Below are positions 50,501 through 60,057 of a stretch of 64,000 bases of DNA, piece by piece (the first letter of the stretch is position 1; each line of letters begins with the position of its first letter). Both the position numbers and the translations under genes were made by a program. The notes under the pieces are model-generated. The model saw only the letters and a program-made list of their open reading frames with translations, was not told where the DNA came from and did no database searches. The stretch comes from Gemmatales bacterium (GTDB taxonomy: Bacteria; Planctomycetota; Planctomycetia; Gemmatales; HRBIN36). The stretch is from the NCBI GenBank assembly GCA_041640595.1, contig JBEPZY010000009.1, forward strand, positions 32,001 through 96,000. The letters are read 5' to 3'.

Positions 50501-50555
50501 TTGACGCAACAGACAAAGCGGGTAGCATACGTAATGGGCGAACAGACAGAGCGGG
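50501..50555 (+). promoter_or_regulatory. Putative sigma70 promoter with two 15-nt direct-repeat operator candidates
   Basis: TTGACG (50501) - 16 nt - TAGCAT (50523); AACAGACAAAGCGGG (50508) and AACAGACAGAGCGGG (50541). Confidence 0.5.
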
Positions 50556-50642
50556 AGTTTGTTTGCCCCGACCGAAATGGTAACCTGGTGTGTGACGGGG
50601 ACACGCTGGACCAGGGTTTTCCTTATTGCGGGAGGCTTAGCC

Positions 50643-51569
50643 ATGCAAAACCGTTTCAAGCTCCGTCGTGCTTTTACCCTCATCGAATTGCTGGTGGTCA
50701 TCGCCATCATCGGATTGCTCATGGCCTTACTTTTACCGGCCATTCAACGTGTGCGGGAAGCGGCTAACCGGATGCGTTGCAGTAACAATTTGAAGCAGAT
50801 TCTCCTGGCCGTGCATAACTTGCACAACGATTACAACGTTTTGCCACCCTTTTCGGCTCCGTGTGCTGCTCAGGTCAACGTCAATCCTGGCTGTGCCATT
50901 AGCCTGGATGGTCCTTACAAAGGCTACAACTACACGGTGCATGCGTTCCTGCTGCCGTATATTGAATTGGACAACTTATACCGGCAAATGTCGCCCAACG
51001 GATACGGTGGCGGCCGATACTACGAGGTGATCCGTCTTTACCTGTGTCCGAGCGACCCTTCAGTAGCCGGCGGCAAATGCATGACCACTTACGGCGGCGC
51101 CAACAACTGGGGGGCAGCTTCGTATGGGGCCAATTATAACGTGTTCGGCTGGCACAATAGCAGCGCTGTACCGCGAGAAACGGTCATCCCCGCCAGCATC
51201 CCCGACGGCACGTCCAACACCATGTTTTTCACCGAGCTATATGGAACCTGCGGCTGGACAAACAATTTGAGCTTCGCCTATGGTAGCTTGTGGGCCGATG
51301 CCAATAGTGTCTGGCGGCCCGTTGTTTGTACGAACGTTTCCAATAAAAACCCAGCGAGTGGCTACACCAATTGCCTGATTTTCCAGGTGCAACCGCATTA
51401 TTTGCGGGATTGCGATCCAGCCCGGGCCCAATCGCCGCACACAGGTGGAATTAATGTCGCGCTGGGAGACGGTGCGGTACGTTTTGTTTCGGCCGGCGTA
51501 AGTCCGACCACCTGGGCCAATGCTTGCCATCCGGCCGACGGCAATCCGCTGGGCTCCGATTGGCAGTAA
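50643..51569 (+). CDS. DUF1559 prepilin-type N-terminal cleavage/methylation protein
   Basis: [40 protein letters not shown] and [16 protein letters not shown] (H-X9-DG). Confidence 0.95.
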   Translation: MQNRFKLRRAFTLIELLVVIAIIGLLMALLLPAIQRVREAANRMRCSNNLKQILLAVHNLHNDYNVLPPFSAPCAAQVNVNPGCAISLDGPYKGYNYTVHAFLLPYIELDNLYRQMSPNGYGGGRYYEVIRLYLCPSDPSVAGGKCMTTYGGANNWGAASYGANYNVFGWHNSSAVPRETVIPASIPDGTSNTMFFTELYGTCGWTNNLSFAYGSLWADANSVWRPVVCTNVSNKNPASGYTNCLIFQVQPHYLRDCDPARAQSPHTGGINVALGDGAVRFVSAGVSPTTWANACHPADGNPLGSDWQ

Positions 51570-51640
51570 CCCGTCCACGCGAACCAGGCCAGGCTAACGC
51601 GGTGAAGGAATTTTGCCGCTCTGGGGCAGGGGAAAAAGCT

Positions 51641-52054
51641 ATGCTGCGAACCGGCTGCTTGCTGCTATTGGGCGGTTTGCTGGGTTGCCTGGGATGTCAG
51701 CGAGTGGTGGTGTATATACCGCAGACGCAGGAGGTTCGTGGCGTGGTCTCGTATAAAGATGGCCGGCCGCTCACCGGGGGCGTGGTGGAGTTTCGTTACC
51801 TTCGCGACCCCTCTATTCGCGCTGTGGGCAAGATTGAGCCGGACGGAAGTTTTACTTTGGAAACGCTAGCCGGCGATCAGCGGGTTTCCGGGATACCTCC
51901 GGGACGGTACCATGTATCTATCGCCCCGCCGCCGGAAATGGGTCAAACACACTCCCCTTACGTGTTTCCCAGCGTGGAAATCGCTCCCAATCAGAAGGAA
52001 ATCCGTCTGGAATTCGAGGGGTTTCCCGTCAACAGCGACGAAGCACCAAAATAA
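51641..52054 (+). CDS. DUF1559-associated lipoprotein (carboxypeptidase-regulatory-like)
   Basis: Lipobox LLGCLGC; VRGVVSYKDGRPL...GKIEPDGSFTL...GIPPGRYHVSI. Confidence 0.85.
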   Translation: MLRTGCLLLLGGLLGCLGCQRVVVYIPQTQEVRGVVSYKDGRPLTGGVVEFRYLRDPSIRAVGKIEPDGSFTLETLAGDQRVSGIPPGRYHVSIAPPPEMGQTHSPYVFPSVEIAPNQKEIRLEFEGFPVNSDEAPK

Positions 52055-52055
52055 A

Positions 52056-52080
52056 CCAGGCCGCGTGATGGTTGGCCTGG
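52056..52080. terminator. Possible hairpin between convergent genes
   Basis: CCAGGCC...GGCCTGG stem right after the stop codon; weak U-tract. Confidence 0.3.
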
Positions 52081-52190
52081 CTCGCTTCTACCGTGCGATA
52101 CCGGTAACGTAAGCCAGCTGAAGAGTCCCGGAGAACCGGAGTCGAGAAACCTGGTCGCTGGCAAGAACCGTTCGGCAAGATGGTGCCGTT

Positions 52191-53516
52191 TCAGGCGACG
52201 CGGCGAAGCAGGAGAGTGGTGTTTGCCCCGCCGAAGCCGAACGAATTCGACGCGACAATCCGTAGCCGGGCCGGTCGGGCCTGATGCGGCACGTGACATA
52301 AAGCACATTCCGGATCGGGTTCATCCAGGTTGATGGTCGGAGGAATCGTCTGCCGTTGCAGGGCACCCAGGCAGGCAGCGGCTTCGAGAGCGGAAGCGGC
52401 GGTGACAGCATGCCCGGTCATGCTCTTGGTTGAGCTCACCGGGATGCGTGTGGCGGCTTCACCCAGGGCCAGGTGAATGACGCGCGTCTCGCAACGGTCG
52501 CCGACGGGTGTGCCGGGAGCATGGGCGTTGAGGTAATCAATGGCGTCAGGAGCGAGCTGAGCATCGGCCAGAGCTCTGCGCATGGCCTCTGCGGCCGGGG
52601 CAGGATCGCTGTTGGGAATGACCAGGTGGCTGGCATCGCTGGTCGCCCCGAAACCGATAATAGCCGCCAGCGGTTGAGCGCCGCGACGACGAGCGGAAGA
52701 CGAACTTTCTAACACGAACATCGCACCACCTTCGCCCATGACGAATCCGTCGCGACGGCGGTCAAAAGGTCGGCAGGCCGCCTGCGGCTGATCGTTACGA
52801 CGCGACAAAGCCCGCAGGTTGCCGAAACAGGACATGGCCAGGGGAGTCACGGGCAGATCGCAAGCCCCGGCCAGGCACAAATCCAGTCGGCGCGTGCGAA
52901 TCCAGTTGCGGGCTAATCCCAGGGCGTAGTTGCCGCTGGCGCAAGCGGCAGCCAAAGTGATGGTGGGGCCGCGCAAGCCGAGCCGTCTCGCTAATCGCTG
53001 TACCAGCGGTTCCCGCGGCACTTCGGCCTGTGCTGAGTCGCTCGCCAGCGGACTGGCTGGCGTCGGTATGTCCGAACCGCAACTGGTTTCTTTGCCGATA
53101 GCGGCCGGTTCCTGCGGATGCGGTATTTCGCACTTCTGGCCCGCCGAATGCGTAGCGAACCAGTGGCGTTCCCAGAAGTAGGGCCATTCTGCACCAAGAC
53201 CGCAAACCAGTCCGATTCGCAAACGATCACGCTGATGCCACAAATCGGCTTGCTGGAGAGCCTGCACCGCACACCACAGAGCCAGTTGCTCCAGCGGTGC
53301 GAGAGTTTGCCACTCCTCTAAGGGGATCACTTCCGGTCGAGGTATTTCGGTCAACTCGGCGGCGATCTGGCTGGGAAGTCCGGCGGCGGGCATTTTACTG
53401 ACCCGGCGAATGCCACATCGTCCCTGCAGCAAATTGTCCGTGAACTGAGCCAGATCGCAGCCCAGCGGTGATGCCAGACCGACACCCGTGATCCAGACCT
53501 CGTCGCGTGGACTCAT
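52191..53516 (-). CDS. Beta-ketoacyl-ACP synthase (FabF/KS-alpha-like)
   Basis: AAACASG (Cys), RDGFVMGEG, NAHAPGT, KSMTGH and SNSFGFGG. Confidence 0.92.
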   Translation of the reverse strand: MSPRDEVWITGVGLASPLGCDLAQFTDNLLQGRCGIRRVSKMPAAGLPSQIAAELTEIPRPEVIPLEEWQTLAPLEQLALWCAVQALQQADLWHQRDRLRIGLVCGLGAEWPYFWERHWFATHSAGQKCEIPHPQEPAAIGKETSCGSDIPTPASPLASDSAQAEVPREPLVQRLARRLGLRGPTITLAAACASGNYALGLARNWIRTRRLDLCLAGACDLPVTPLAMSCFGNLRALSRRNDQPQAACRPFDRRRDGFVMGEGGAMFVLESSSSARRRGAQPLAAIIGFGATSDASHLVIPNSDPAPAAEAMRRALADAQLAPDAIDYLNAHAPGTPVGDRCETRVIHLALGEAATRIPVSSTKSMTGHAVTAASALEAAACLGALQRQTIPPTINLDEPDPECALCHVPHQARPARLRIVASNSFGFGGANTTLLLRRVA

Positions 53517-54667
53517 GCTGCCTCCTCACGCCAGACGGAGAGCAATTGCTCGGCCTGGTGGAGCTTCCGCAACTCCAGCACGCCGACTTCCGGCAGATAC
53601 CAGCGAAAGACCATGAACTCTCTGGGATGACGTTCACCAGCAGGGCGATGTCGGGTCGCAGTGCCGGCAGCAGGCGAAGCATCCTCGGCAGGCGGAGCGG
53701 TCATGCTGACCGACGCGATCGGGGTGTGCAGGGCGCGCAACAGTGTTTCCATTTGCAGCGGTGTGCGCGGCGATTCGGATTCGTCCAGGATTCGCGGCCA
53801 GGTTTGCCATCGTAAAACGGCTCGGGGCGACAAACGGGCCGACGGGCAACGTTCGGAACACCTGAATTCTCTGGCACGATGCGGCGAATCCGTGCCGGGA
53901 CTTTGCTCTTCCCCGTTCGCCAGTTGCTGCTCGCCAGAACCTGGACATAACGAACCCGCTTCAGTGCTTCGTAGCTGGCTGGTAGATGCTTGTGGCTCTT
54001 CAGAGCTCATGCGGCAAACGGCCAGGGCCATCGCCAGGCAAACGGGAGCAGTAGCATTACTCAGGCCCAGTTCCCCTGGCAACGTTCGCCAGCCCGTGGC
54101 GACCAGCCAGAAGCCAGGAACCGGCTGCTGCACTGTTTCGAGCATACCGGCCAAAAGCAAGTCCACCAGTTGTCCCGGTCCGCCACCGACACCGTAATTC
54201 GGCCCGTGAAGACCGAGCAGCACGCTGAGCGACCCGGACAGAGAATGCAGGCAATGGTTGGGGATGAGATGCGGGGAAATGGCTCCGGGACCATCGAGGC
54301 TATAACGTTGCAAAGCGGCCAGTGTCGCTTCCTTGCCGAAATACTCAGGTGCTGCCAGCACACCCCAGCGCTCCGGTTGCGGCAACGGTGGCAGCTGTTC
54401 ACGAAGTTGCAGCGCCACTGCCAGAGCCGCCAGAGTTTGCTCGTCAGCATGACGCACAAAGGCATGGGGCAGCGGTTGACCGTCGGGTAATCGCAACTCT
54501 GTTCGCAGCTGTTGCAATTGCTCCAGCCCAAACGCATAGCTGCTCCAGCCGAGGATTCCCACCTGGATGGCCGAGTGGGGCAAGCGAATTGGAGAAGCTC
54601 GGCGGCGCACACCTTTCTCCTCGATTGACCCCATGTGCGGGGGATTTTGTCGGCAATTGCGGGCCAT
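53513..54667 (-). CDS. Ketosynthase chain-length-factor-like protein (truncated KS N-domain)
   Basis: ISPHLIPNHCLHSLSGSLSVLLGLHGPNYGVGGG; lacks the catalytic Cys; translationally coupled to ACP and KS. Confidence 0.7.
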   Translation of the reverse strand: MARNCRQNPPHMGSIEEKGVRRRASPIRLPHSAIQVGILGWSSYAFGLEQLQQLRTELRLPDGQPLPHAFVRHADEQTLAALAVALQLREQLPPLPQPERWGVLAAPEYFGKEATLAALQRYSLDGPGAISPHLIPNHCLHSLSGSLSVLLGLHGPNYGVGGGPGQLVDLLLAGMLETVQQPVPGFWLVATGWRTLPGELGLSNATAPVCLAMALAVCRMSSEEPQASTSQLRSTEAGSLCPGSGEQQLANGEEQSPGTDSPHRAREFRCSERCPSARLSPRAVLRWQTWPRILDESESPRTPLQMETLLRALHTPIASVSMTAPPAEDASPAAGTATRHRPAGERHPREFMVFRWYLPEVGVLELRKLHQAEQLLSVWREEAA

Positions 54668-54933
54668 CAGGCCGCCTGGGCTGCGGAAGCCTGTTGCAGT
54701 TTGCTTTGCAGCAGATCGAGCAAATCGCCCACTTTTTCCAAACGCTGCAACTCCTGGCTATCCAGGCGAATGTGGAATCGGTTTTCGATCTGCATGACCA
54801 GACTCACCAGGTCCACCGAGTCCAGCCCCAAACCTTCTTTCAACGTGACGCTGTCGTCCAGGCGATCGTAGCGTTGTCCTGTGTCCTGATAGAGCAACTC
54901 CAGCAATTCCTGGCGCAGTTGTGCACGATCCAT
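54667..54933 (-). CDS. Acyl carrier protein
   Basis: LKEGLGLDSVDLV (phosphopantetheine Ser); GGAGG RBS before MDRAQ. Confidence 0.9.
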   Translation of the reverse strand: MDRAQLRQELLELLYQDTGQRYDRLDDSVTLKEGLGLDSVDLVSLVMQIENRFHIRLDSQELQRLEKVGDLLDLLQSKLQQASAAQAA

Positions 54934-55140
54934 ACTCACACCTCCACACGGGGAGCGGGTTTGCCCAATCGGGTTGGGGTACATCCGAGGCGGGATAAGA
55001 ACGATTTTCCCGCAATCTGACAAGCCCAGTTGTGCGGACTGCTTCCCGAACAGCCAGAGTCATTGTCCCGCATGGCTCCATCTTCGGGTCACGATGGCCG
55101 ATGCTGTTGCAGGCCGGCTACGGTGATGCCCGCACGCTGG

Positions 55141-55236
55141 GTGTGTCCCTTTCCATCGCCGGGTTGCAAGCTTGGTAGAGCTCAGAGCAGCCATCACCAT
55201 CGAGCGTGTGTCCCTTTCCGTAGTCGGGTTGCAAGC
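55141..55236. repeat. Direct repeat pair (31 nt + 34 nt insert), period 65
   Basis: GTGTGTCCCTTTCCATCGCCGGGTTGCAAGC (55141) vs GTGTGTCCCTTTCCGTAGTCGGGTTGCAAGC (55206), 28/31. Confidence 0.8.
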
Positions 55237-55284
55237 GCGGACACTTGTTGCAGATATGCCTTTGCGATTCGCCAGGACGCTTCG

Positions 55285-56140
55285 TTGGCACGGCGGGCTG
55301 ACGTCCGCCGCTCCTGGTCGTGTGTGGGACTCCGCATTGCGAATCACGCATTTCGCGACGAACGAACGTCGTGCAACCAGGAGCGGCTGGCGTAAGCCAG
55401 CCGTGGTACGCGAACGTAGCCCGTCGGCGAAAGACGGTTGCATGTGCAGGTGCGTTACTTAACCACGGCGGGCTAACACCCGCCGCTCTTGGTTGTCGCT
55501 CCGGTCGTCGTCCAACATAGCGCGGTTGCAACCGCACAGCGCCCGGTTCAGCGAACCACGGCGGGCTGACGCCCGCCGCTCTTGGTCGTGTGTGGGACTC
55601 CGCATTGCGAATCACGCATTTCGCAGCAAACCAACGTCGTGCAACCAGGAGCGGCTGGCGTAAGCCAGCCGTGGTACGCGAACGTACCCCGTCGGCGAAA
55701 GACGGTTGCATGTGCAGGTGGGTTACTTAACCACGGCGGGCTGACACCCGCCGCTCCTGTTCGAATGTGCGTTTGTGCATCGCAAAAATCGTTGTTTCGC
55801 CGGCGGACGTCCGCACACCAATACAAGAGCGGGGGGCGTAAGCCCCCCGTGGCGCCAATGGACACGATTGTAATCCGGAGCCGTATGAGCCATAAACGAT
55901 TCTGGCGCTACGTTAGCCCCGTGGCGCTTATAAACGCGAATGCAACGGCAATCCGCACACACCATCGGCGGTCTGCTGACGAATGGCGCCGGTCTCTGCG
56001 GATGCGGGTTTGTCCACCCACGGCGGGCTAACACCCGCCGCTCTTGGTTGTCGCTCCGGTCGTCGCCGAACAGAACACGACTTCGACCGCACAGCGCCCG
56101 GTTCACCGAATCACGGCAGGCTAACGCCCGCCGCTCTTGG
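55285..56140. repeat. Second cluster of REP-like palindromes with an internal duplication offset by 268 nt
   Basis: About 9 units near 55288, 55381, 55463, 55556, 55649, 55731, 55827, 56018 and 56112; 55288-55490 nearly identical to 55556-55758. Confidence 0.88.
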
Positions 56141-56221
56141 TGGTGATGATCGCCGCTCATGGCGAAATCGTTTCCCGTTGCCAGCGCGGTACTCGCGCTT
56201 GCCTGGGAATATTGGCATCGT

Positions 56222-56312
56222 GACCGCTTTAGAGAATGAAGAGGACATTGATGATGCAGAGCAGCATGCGGGCCAGATGCAAGTCTCGACCGCTCTGGAG
56301 AGTGAAGAGGAC
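56222..56312. repeat. Direct repeat pair, period 66
   Basis: GACCGCTTTAGAGAATGAAGAGGAC (56222) vs GACCGCTCTGGAGAGTGAAGAGGAC (56288), 22/25. Confidence 0.75.
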
Positions 56313-56433
56313 CGCCCCGGTTGAAGTACGTGTTGGTTCTGAAACATTGGCCCAGCGTCTTGACGGGGCTGTGGGAGTCTGGTAGCATTACACAAACGGA
56401 AACGGGAAATCGAATCGGAGGGGAGCGGATAAG

Positions 56434-56484
56434 ATGGTGTGGCTGGCGCTGAGCCTGGGGCTATGCCTTAGCCTGCGGTCCTGA
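56434..56484 (+). CDS. Leu-rich leader peptide of a leuA attenuator (MVWLALSLGLCLSLRS)
   Basis: 16 aa with 6 Leu codons including rare CTA; GGAG RBS upstream; precedes a terminator and leuA. Confidence 0.75.
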   Translation: MVWLALSLGLCLSLRS

Positions 56485-56530
56485 CCGCAGGTCTCAGGCT
56501 CGGTTGCCATCGTGATGCTTGTGGAAATCG

Positions 56531-56564
56531 AAGCCCTGGGACCTGACGGGTTCCAGGGCTTTTT
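56531..56564 (+). terminator. Rho-independent attenuator terminator
   Basis: AAGCCCTGGGACC-TGACG-GGTTCCAGGGCTT followed by a T-run, between the leader peptide and leuA. Confidence 0.8.
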
Positions 56565-56708
56565 GATTTCTGGCTGGGGCAATGCGAGCGGTGGCGGTCG
56601 CTCCTGGCGAGAACACGATCGCTGTTTGCTGCCGGGACACCTGAACGCGGATTGGCTAATCTCCATTGCTCCGCGTGTATTTGCTGCCGCGAGGCAAAGG
56701 AGTCCGTC

Positions 56709-58283
56709 ATGGCTGAGAGCAATCGTGTGATTATCTTCGATACGACGTTGCGGGATGGGGAACAATCGCCGGGCGCCAGCATGAATCTGGAAGAGAAGCT
56801 GGAAGTAGCACGTGCCCTGCGTGATTTGCGAGTGGATGTCATCGAGGCAGGGTTTCCCATCGCGTCGCCTGGGGATTTTGAAGCGGTACGCGCCATCGCC
56901 GAACAGATCGAAGGGCCGATCATTTGTGCTCTGGCTCGCTGCCGAGCCGAAGATATTGACCGTGCTGCGGAGGCTTTGCGACCAGCAGCCCGCAAACGCA
57001 TCCACGTTTTCCTGGCCACCAGTGCCATTCATCGCGAGTTCAAGTTGCGGATGACCAAAGAAGAGATCGTCCGCTGGGCGGTAGAGGGGGTCAAACGGGC
57101 CAAAGAATACTGCGAGGATGTCGAGTTTTCTCCGGAAGATGCCGCTCGCACGGAGCTGGATTTTCTGTGTGAGGTTGTCGAAAAGGCGATCGAAGCCGGG
57201 GCCACGACCATCAACATTCCTGATACGGTTGGTTACGCCATGCCGCAACAGTACGGCCAGATTTTCCGCCACTTGCGGCAACACGTGCGGGGCATCGAAA
57301 AAGTGATCTTGAGCGCCCACTGTCACGACGATCTCGGCTTAGCGGTGGCCAACAGCCTGGCCGCTCTGCATGAGGGTGCCCGTCAGGTTGAGTGCACTAT
57401 CAACGGTATCGGGGAGCGAGCCGGAAACTGTGCTCTGGAAGAAGTGGTGATGGCCCTGAAAGTGCGGCAGGATTTCTTCGGTCTGACAACGCAGATTGAT
57501 ACGAAACGGCTGTATCCGACCAGCCGGCTGGTGTCCACGATTACAGGTTTGCAGGTGCAACGCAACAAAGCCATCGTCGGCCAAAACGCCTTCGCTCACG
57601 AAGCGGGCATCCATCAGCACGGCATTCTGGCACACCAGGCCACTTACGAGATCATGCGCCCGGAGGATGTCGGTCGCAGTTCCAGCGATCTGGTGCTGGG
57701 CAAGCATTCCGGTCGCCATGCCCTGCGAGCCCATGCCGAAAATCTCGGTTACCATCTCAGTGAGGAGCAACTCGACCGTGTTTTTGAGTCGTTCAAACGC
57801 CTGGCCGACAAGAAGAAAACCATTTACGACGCGGATTTGCAGGCGCTCATTGAGGGTATTTTGCACGATGGCCGACCGGAAATGTGGAAATTAGTTTCGT
57901 TCCACACCAGTGCCGGTTCGGGCGTGATTCCGACGGCAGCGGTCTGCGTACAGCGAGCGGATGGCCAGCAATTCCGGGATGCCGCTTGCGGTGACGGTCC
58001 CATTGACGCCGTCTTTCGCACGCTCATGCGGATCACCGGTTTGGAAGTGCAGTTACGGGATTTTCAGGTGCGTTCGGTGTCGCAGGGAGAAGATGCCCAG
58101 GGCGAGGCCCTTGTCGAAGTCGAACATCAGGGGCGATTGTATCGAGGACGGGCTACCAGCACCGACATTATCGAAGCCGGGGCTCTGGCTTTCCTGAGCG
58201 TGCTCAATCAAATTGCCTGGCGAACACAACCGGATAGCGGCGTGAATAAGAGCGAACGGCTTACCTCGATTCCCAGTCCGTGA
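56709..58283 (+). CDS. leuA: 2-isopropylmalate synthase
   Basis: IFDTTLRDGEQSPG, HCHDDLG, INGIGERAGN, AFAHEAGIHQHG and regulatory domain GDGPIDA. Confidence 0.97.
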   Translation: MAESNRVIIFDTTLRDGEQSPGASMNLEEKLEVARALRDLRVDVIEAGFPIASPGDFEAVRAIAEQIEGPIICALARCRAEDIDRAAEALRPAARKRIHVFLATSAIHREFKLRMTKEEIVRWAVEGVKRAKEYCEDVEFSPEDAARTELDFLCEVVEKAIEAGATTINIPDTVGYAMPQQYGQIFRHLRQHVRGIEKVILSAHCHDDLGLAVANSLAALHEGARQVECTINGIGERAGNCALEEVVMALKVRQDFFGLTTQIDTKRLYPTSRLVSTITGLQVQRNKAIVGQNAFAHEAGIHQHGILAHQATYEIMRPEDVGRSSSDLVLGKHSGRHALRAHAENLGYHLSEEQLDRVFESFKRLADKKKTIYDADLQALIEGILHDGRPEMWKLVSFHTSAGSGVIPTAAVCVQRADGQQFRDAACGDGPIDAVFRTLMRITGLEVQLRDFQVRSVSQGEDAQGEALVEVEHQGRLYRGRATSTDIIEAGALAFLSVLNQIAWRTQPDSGVNKSERLTSIPSP

Positions 58284-58397
58284 TCCATCGGTTCTTCCGA
58301 ATACGCGGCGGACATTGTCCGATACTGGTGGCCATCTACAATAGCGCGGGTGCCTGGCCGAATTTCTCCGGCAATACTTTGGCCATTCCAGGAGCAG

Positions 58398-59141
58398 ATG
58401 GCTGTGGAGAGTCGGGATAAATCGCCTTGCGAGAGTAATGTAGCTGAAACGGCCCGGCTCAAGGCCAGTGCTGACGCTGAGCTTACCGGAGCCGACTCCG
58501 AAGCCAGTGTTGGTGTGAACTCGACAAGCGAATCAGGCTCACCATTGGCTACTCGTGCTCAGGTGTTGCCGGGTGGCAAGGTGGACCTGGAGCGTATCGC
58601 CCGGGCGGTGCGCGAAATCTTGCTGGCGGTAGGCGAGAATCCCGATCGCGATGGACTGCGCGATACCCCGATGCGGGTTGCCCGTATGTATGCCGAGTTG
58701 TTCGGGGGTCTATACCAGGACCCGCGTTGCCATCTCGATAAGTACTTCGTGGAAAAATACGACGAGATCGTCCTGGTCAAAGGGATCAGTTTTGAAAGCA
58801 TGTGCGAACATCACCTGCTTCCGTTTCACGGCCAGGCTCACGTGGCGTATATTCCGAACGGCAAGATCGTGGGTTTGAGCAAGCTGGCCCGGGTGCTGGA
58901 ACTTTTGGCCCATCGGCCACAGGTGCAGGAACGGCTCACCGAACAACTCGCCGATCTGCTTATGCAGGAGCTTGAACCCAAAGGTGTGGCGGTGATTATG
59001 GAAGCTACTCACACCTGCATGACCATTCGCGGTATCCGCAAGCCGACCAGTGTTTGCACCACCAGCGCTATGCGGGGAGTGTTCAAGTCGAATCTCTCCA
59101 CCCGCACCGAACTGATGTCGCTGATTTATGGGTCGAAATAG
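58398..59141 (+). CDS. folE: GTP cyclohydrolase I
   Basis: GLRDTPMRVARMY, CEHHLLPF, GLSKLAR, QVQERLT and HTCMTIRG. Confidence 0.95.
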   Translation: MAVESRDKSPCESNVAETARLKASADAELTGADSEASVGVNSTSESGSPLATRAQVLPGGKVDLERIARAVREILLAVGENPDRDGLRDTPMRVARMYAELFGGLYQDPRCHLDKYFVEKYDEIVLVKGISFESMCEHHLLPFHGQAHVAYIPNGKIVGLSKLARVLELLAHRPQVQERLTEQLADLLMQELEPKGVAVIMEATHTCMTIRGIRKPTSVCTTSAMRGVFKSNLSTRTELMSLIYGSK

Positions 59142-59261
59142 GGCTGTTGCCTGGTGGTGCCGAACTGTCTCGGGTAGGCTAACGCTCGCCGACCTTGCGA
59201 AAAGACCGTGCCACAACAGGCCCGCACCGACCGCTTCCGGTTTCCTGGTAAGCCTGGCTCC

Positions 59262-60008
59262 ATGCTAGAGATCTTCGCTTTGCGATTGGCCGTGGGAATG
59301 CTGGTGGCGCTGCTGTTGCTGCCCGTACCGGAGGTACCCTCGCGTTTTTACCGTTTGCATTTGCTGATCGCCCTGGGATTGGTGACCCTGGCGGGGGTAT
59401 CGGCGGGCCAGAATGATAGTGCTGTGTACTGGTTCGGGCTGGGACTGGCCGGTGCGGGTTGCTTTGTGGGTACCTGGTTCTGGCTGGGGGAAGCGAATCG
59501 CCTGGGGTTGCTGCCCATTGTCCTGGCGGCCGGTGCAGGTATGCTGGCCCTTATGTCCGAAGCGATCGGCGAAGCAAGCCAGGTTTCGTCGCTCCTGGCG
59601 ATAAGTTTCGAGCATGCCAGCTCGGCCTTGCAGCTTGGTCTGGTGCTCACCGCTATGCTGCTGGGCCATTACTATCTGATTGCCCCGAGTATGACCACGC
59701 GGCCCCTGGTTCGGCTGACCGTGTTGTTGCTGGGAGCGATCCTGGCACGGGCGGTGATTGTCGCCAGCAGCGAGGTAGCATGGTTGTATAGCACAGCCGG
59801 CTCTGCTCGCGCTCCGGAACAATGGCTGTGGCTGGTCTTGCGCTGGCTGGGCGGAATTGTGGCGGCGGCAATGTTCAGCTTCCTGGCCTGGCGATGCGCT
59901 CGCCTGCGGGCCACGCAGTCAGCCACAGGAATCCTGTACGCGGCCGTCATTTGCACTTTCCTGGGTGAACTGGCCCACTTGCTGGTACATACGCGAACCG
60001 CTCCTTAG
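59262..60008 (+). CDS. Integral membrane protein (planctomycete family)
   Basis: About 8 TM helices; AMLLGHYYL and TQSATGILY motifs. Confidence 0.75.
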   Translation: MLEIFALRLAVGMLVALLLLPVPEVPSRFYRLHLLIALGLVTLAGVSAGQNDSAVYWFGLGLAGAGCFVGTWFWLGEANRLGLLPIVLAAGAGMLALMSEAIGEASQVSSLLAISFEHASSALQLGLVLTAMLLGHYYLIAPSMTTRPLVRLTVLLLGAILARAVIVASSEVAWLYSTAGSARAPEQWLWLVLRWLGGIVAAAMFSFLAWRCARLRATQSATGILYAAVICTFLGELAHLLVHTRTAP

Positions 60009-60057
60009 ACCGTACTCGCAAGCATGGGCTTCCTGCATACCGGCAGTGTCCCCGTAG

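Noticed and set aside
55030..56395. Many short ORFs within the REP clusters (also 2771-4022) and the heptamer array (30443-30906)
   Set aside because: Translations simply mirror the DNA repeats.
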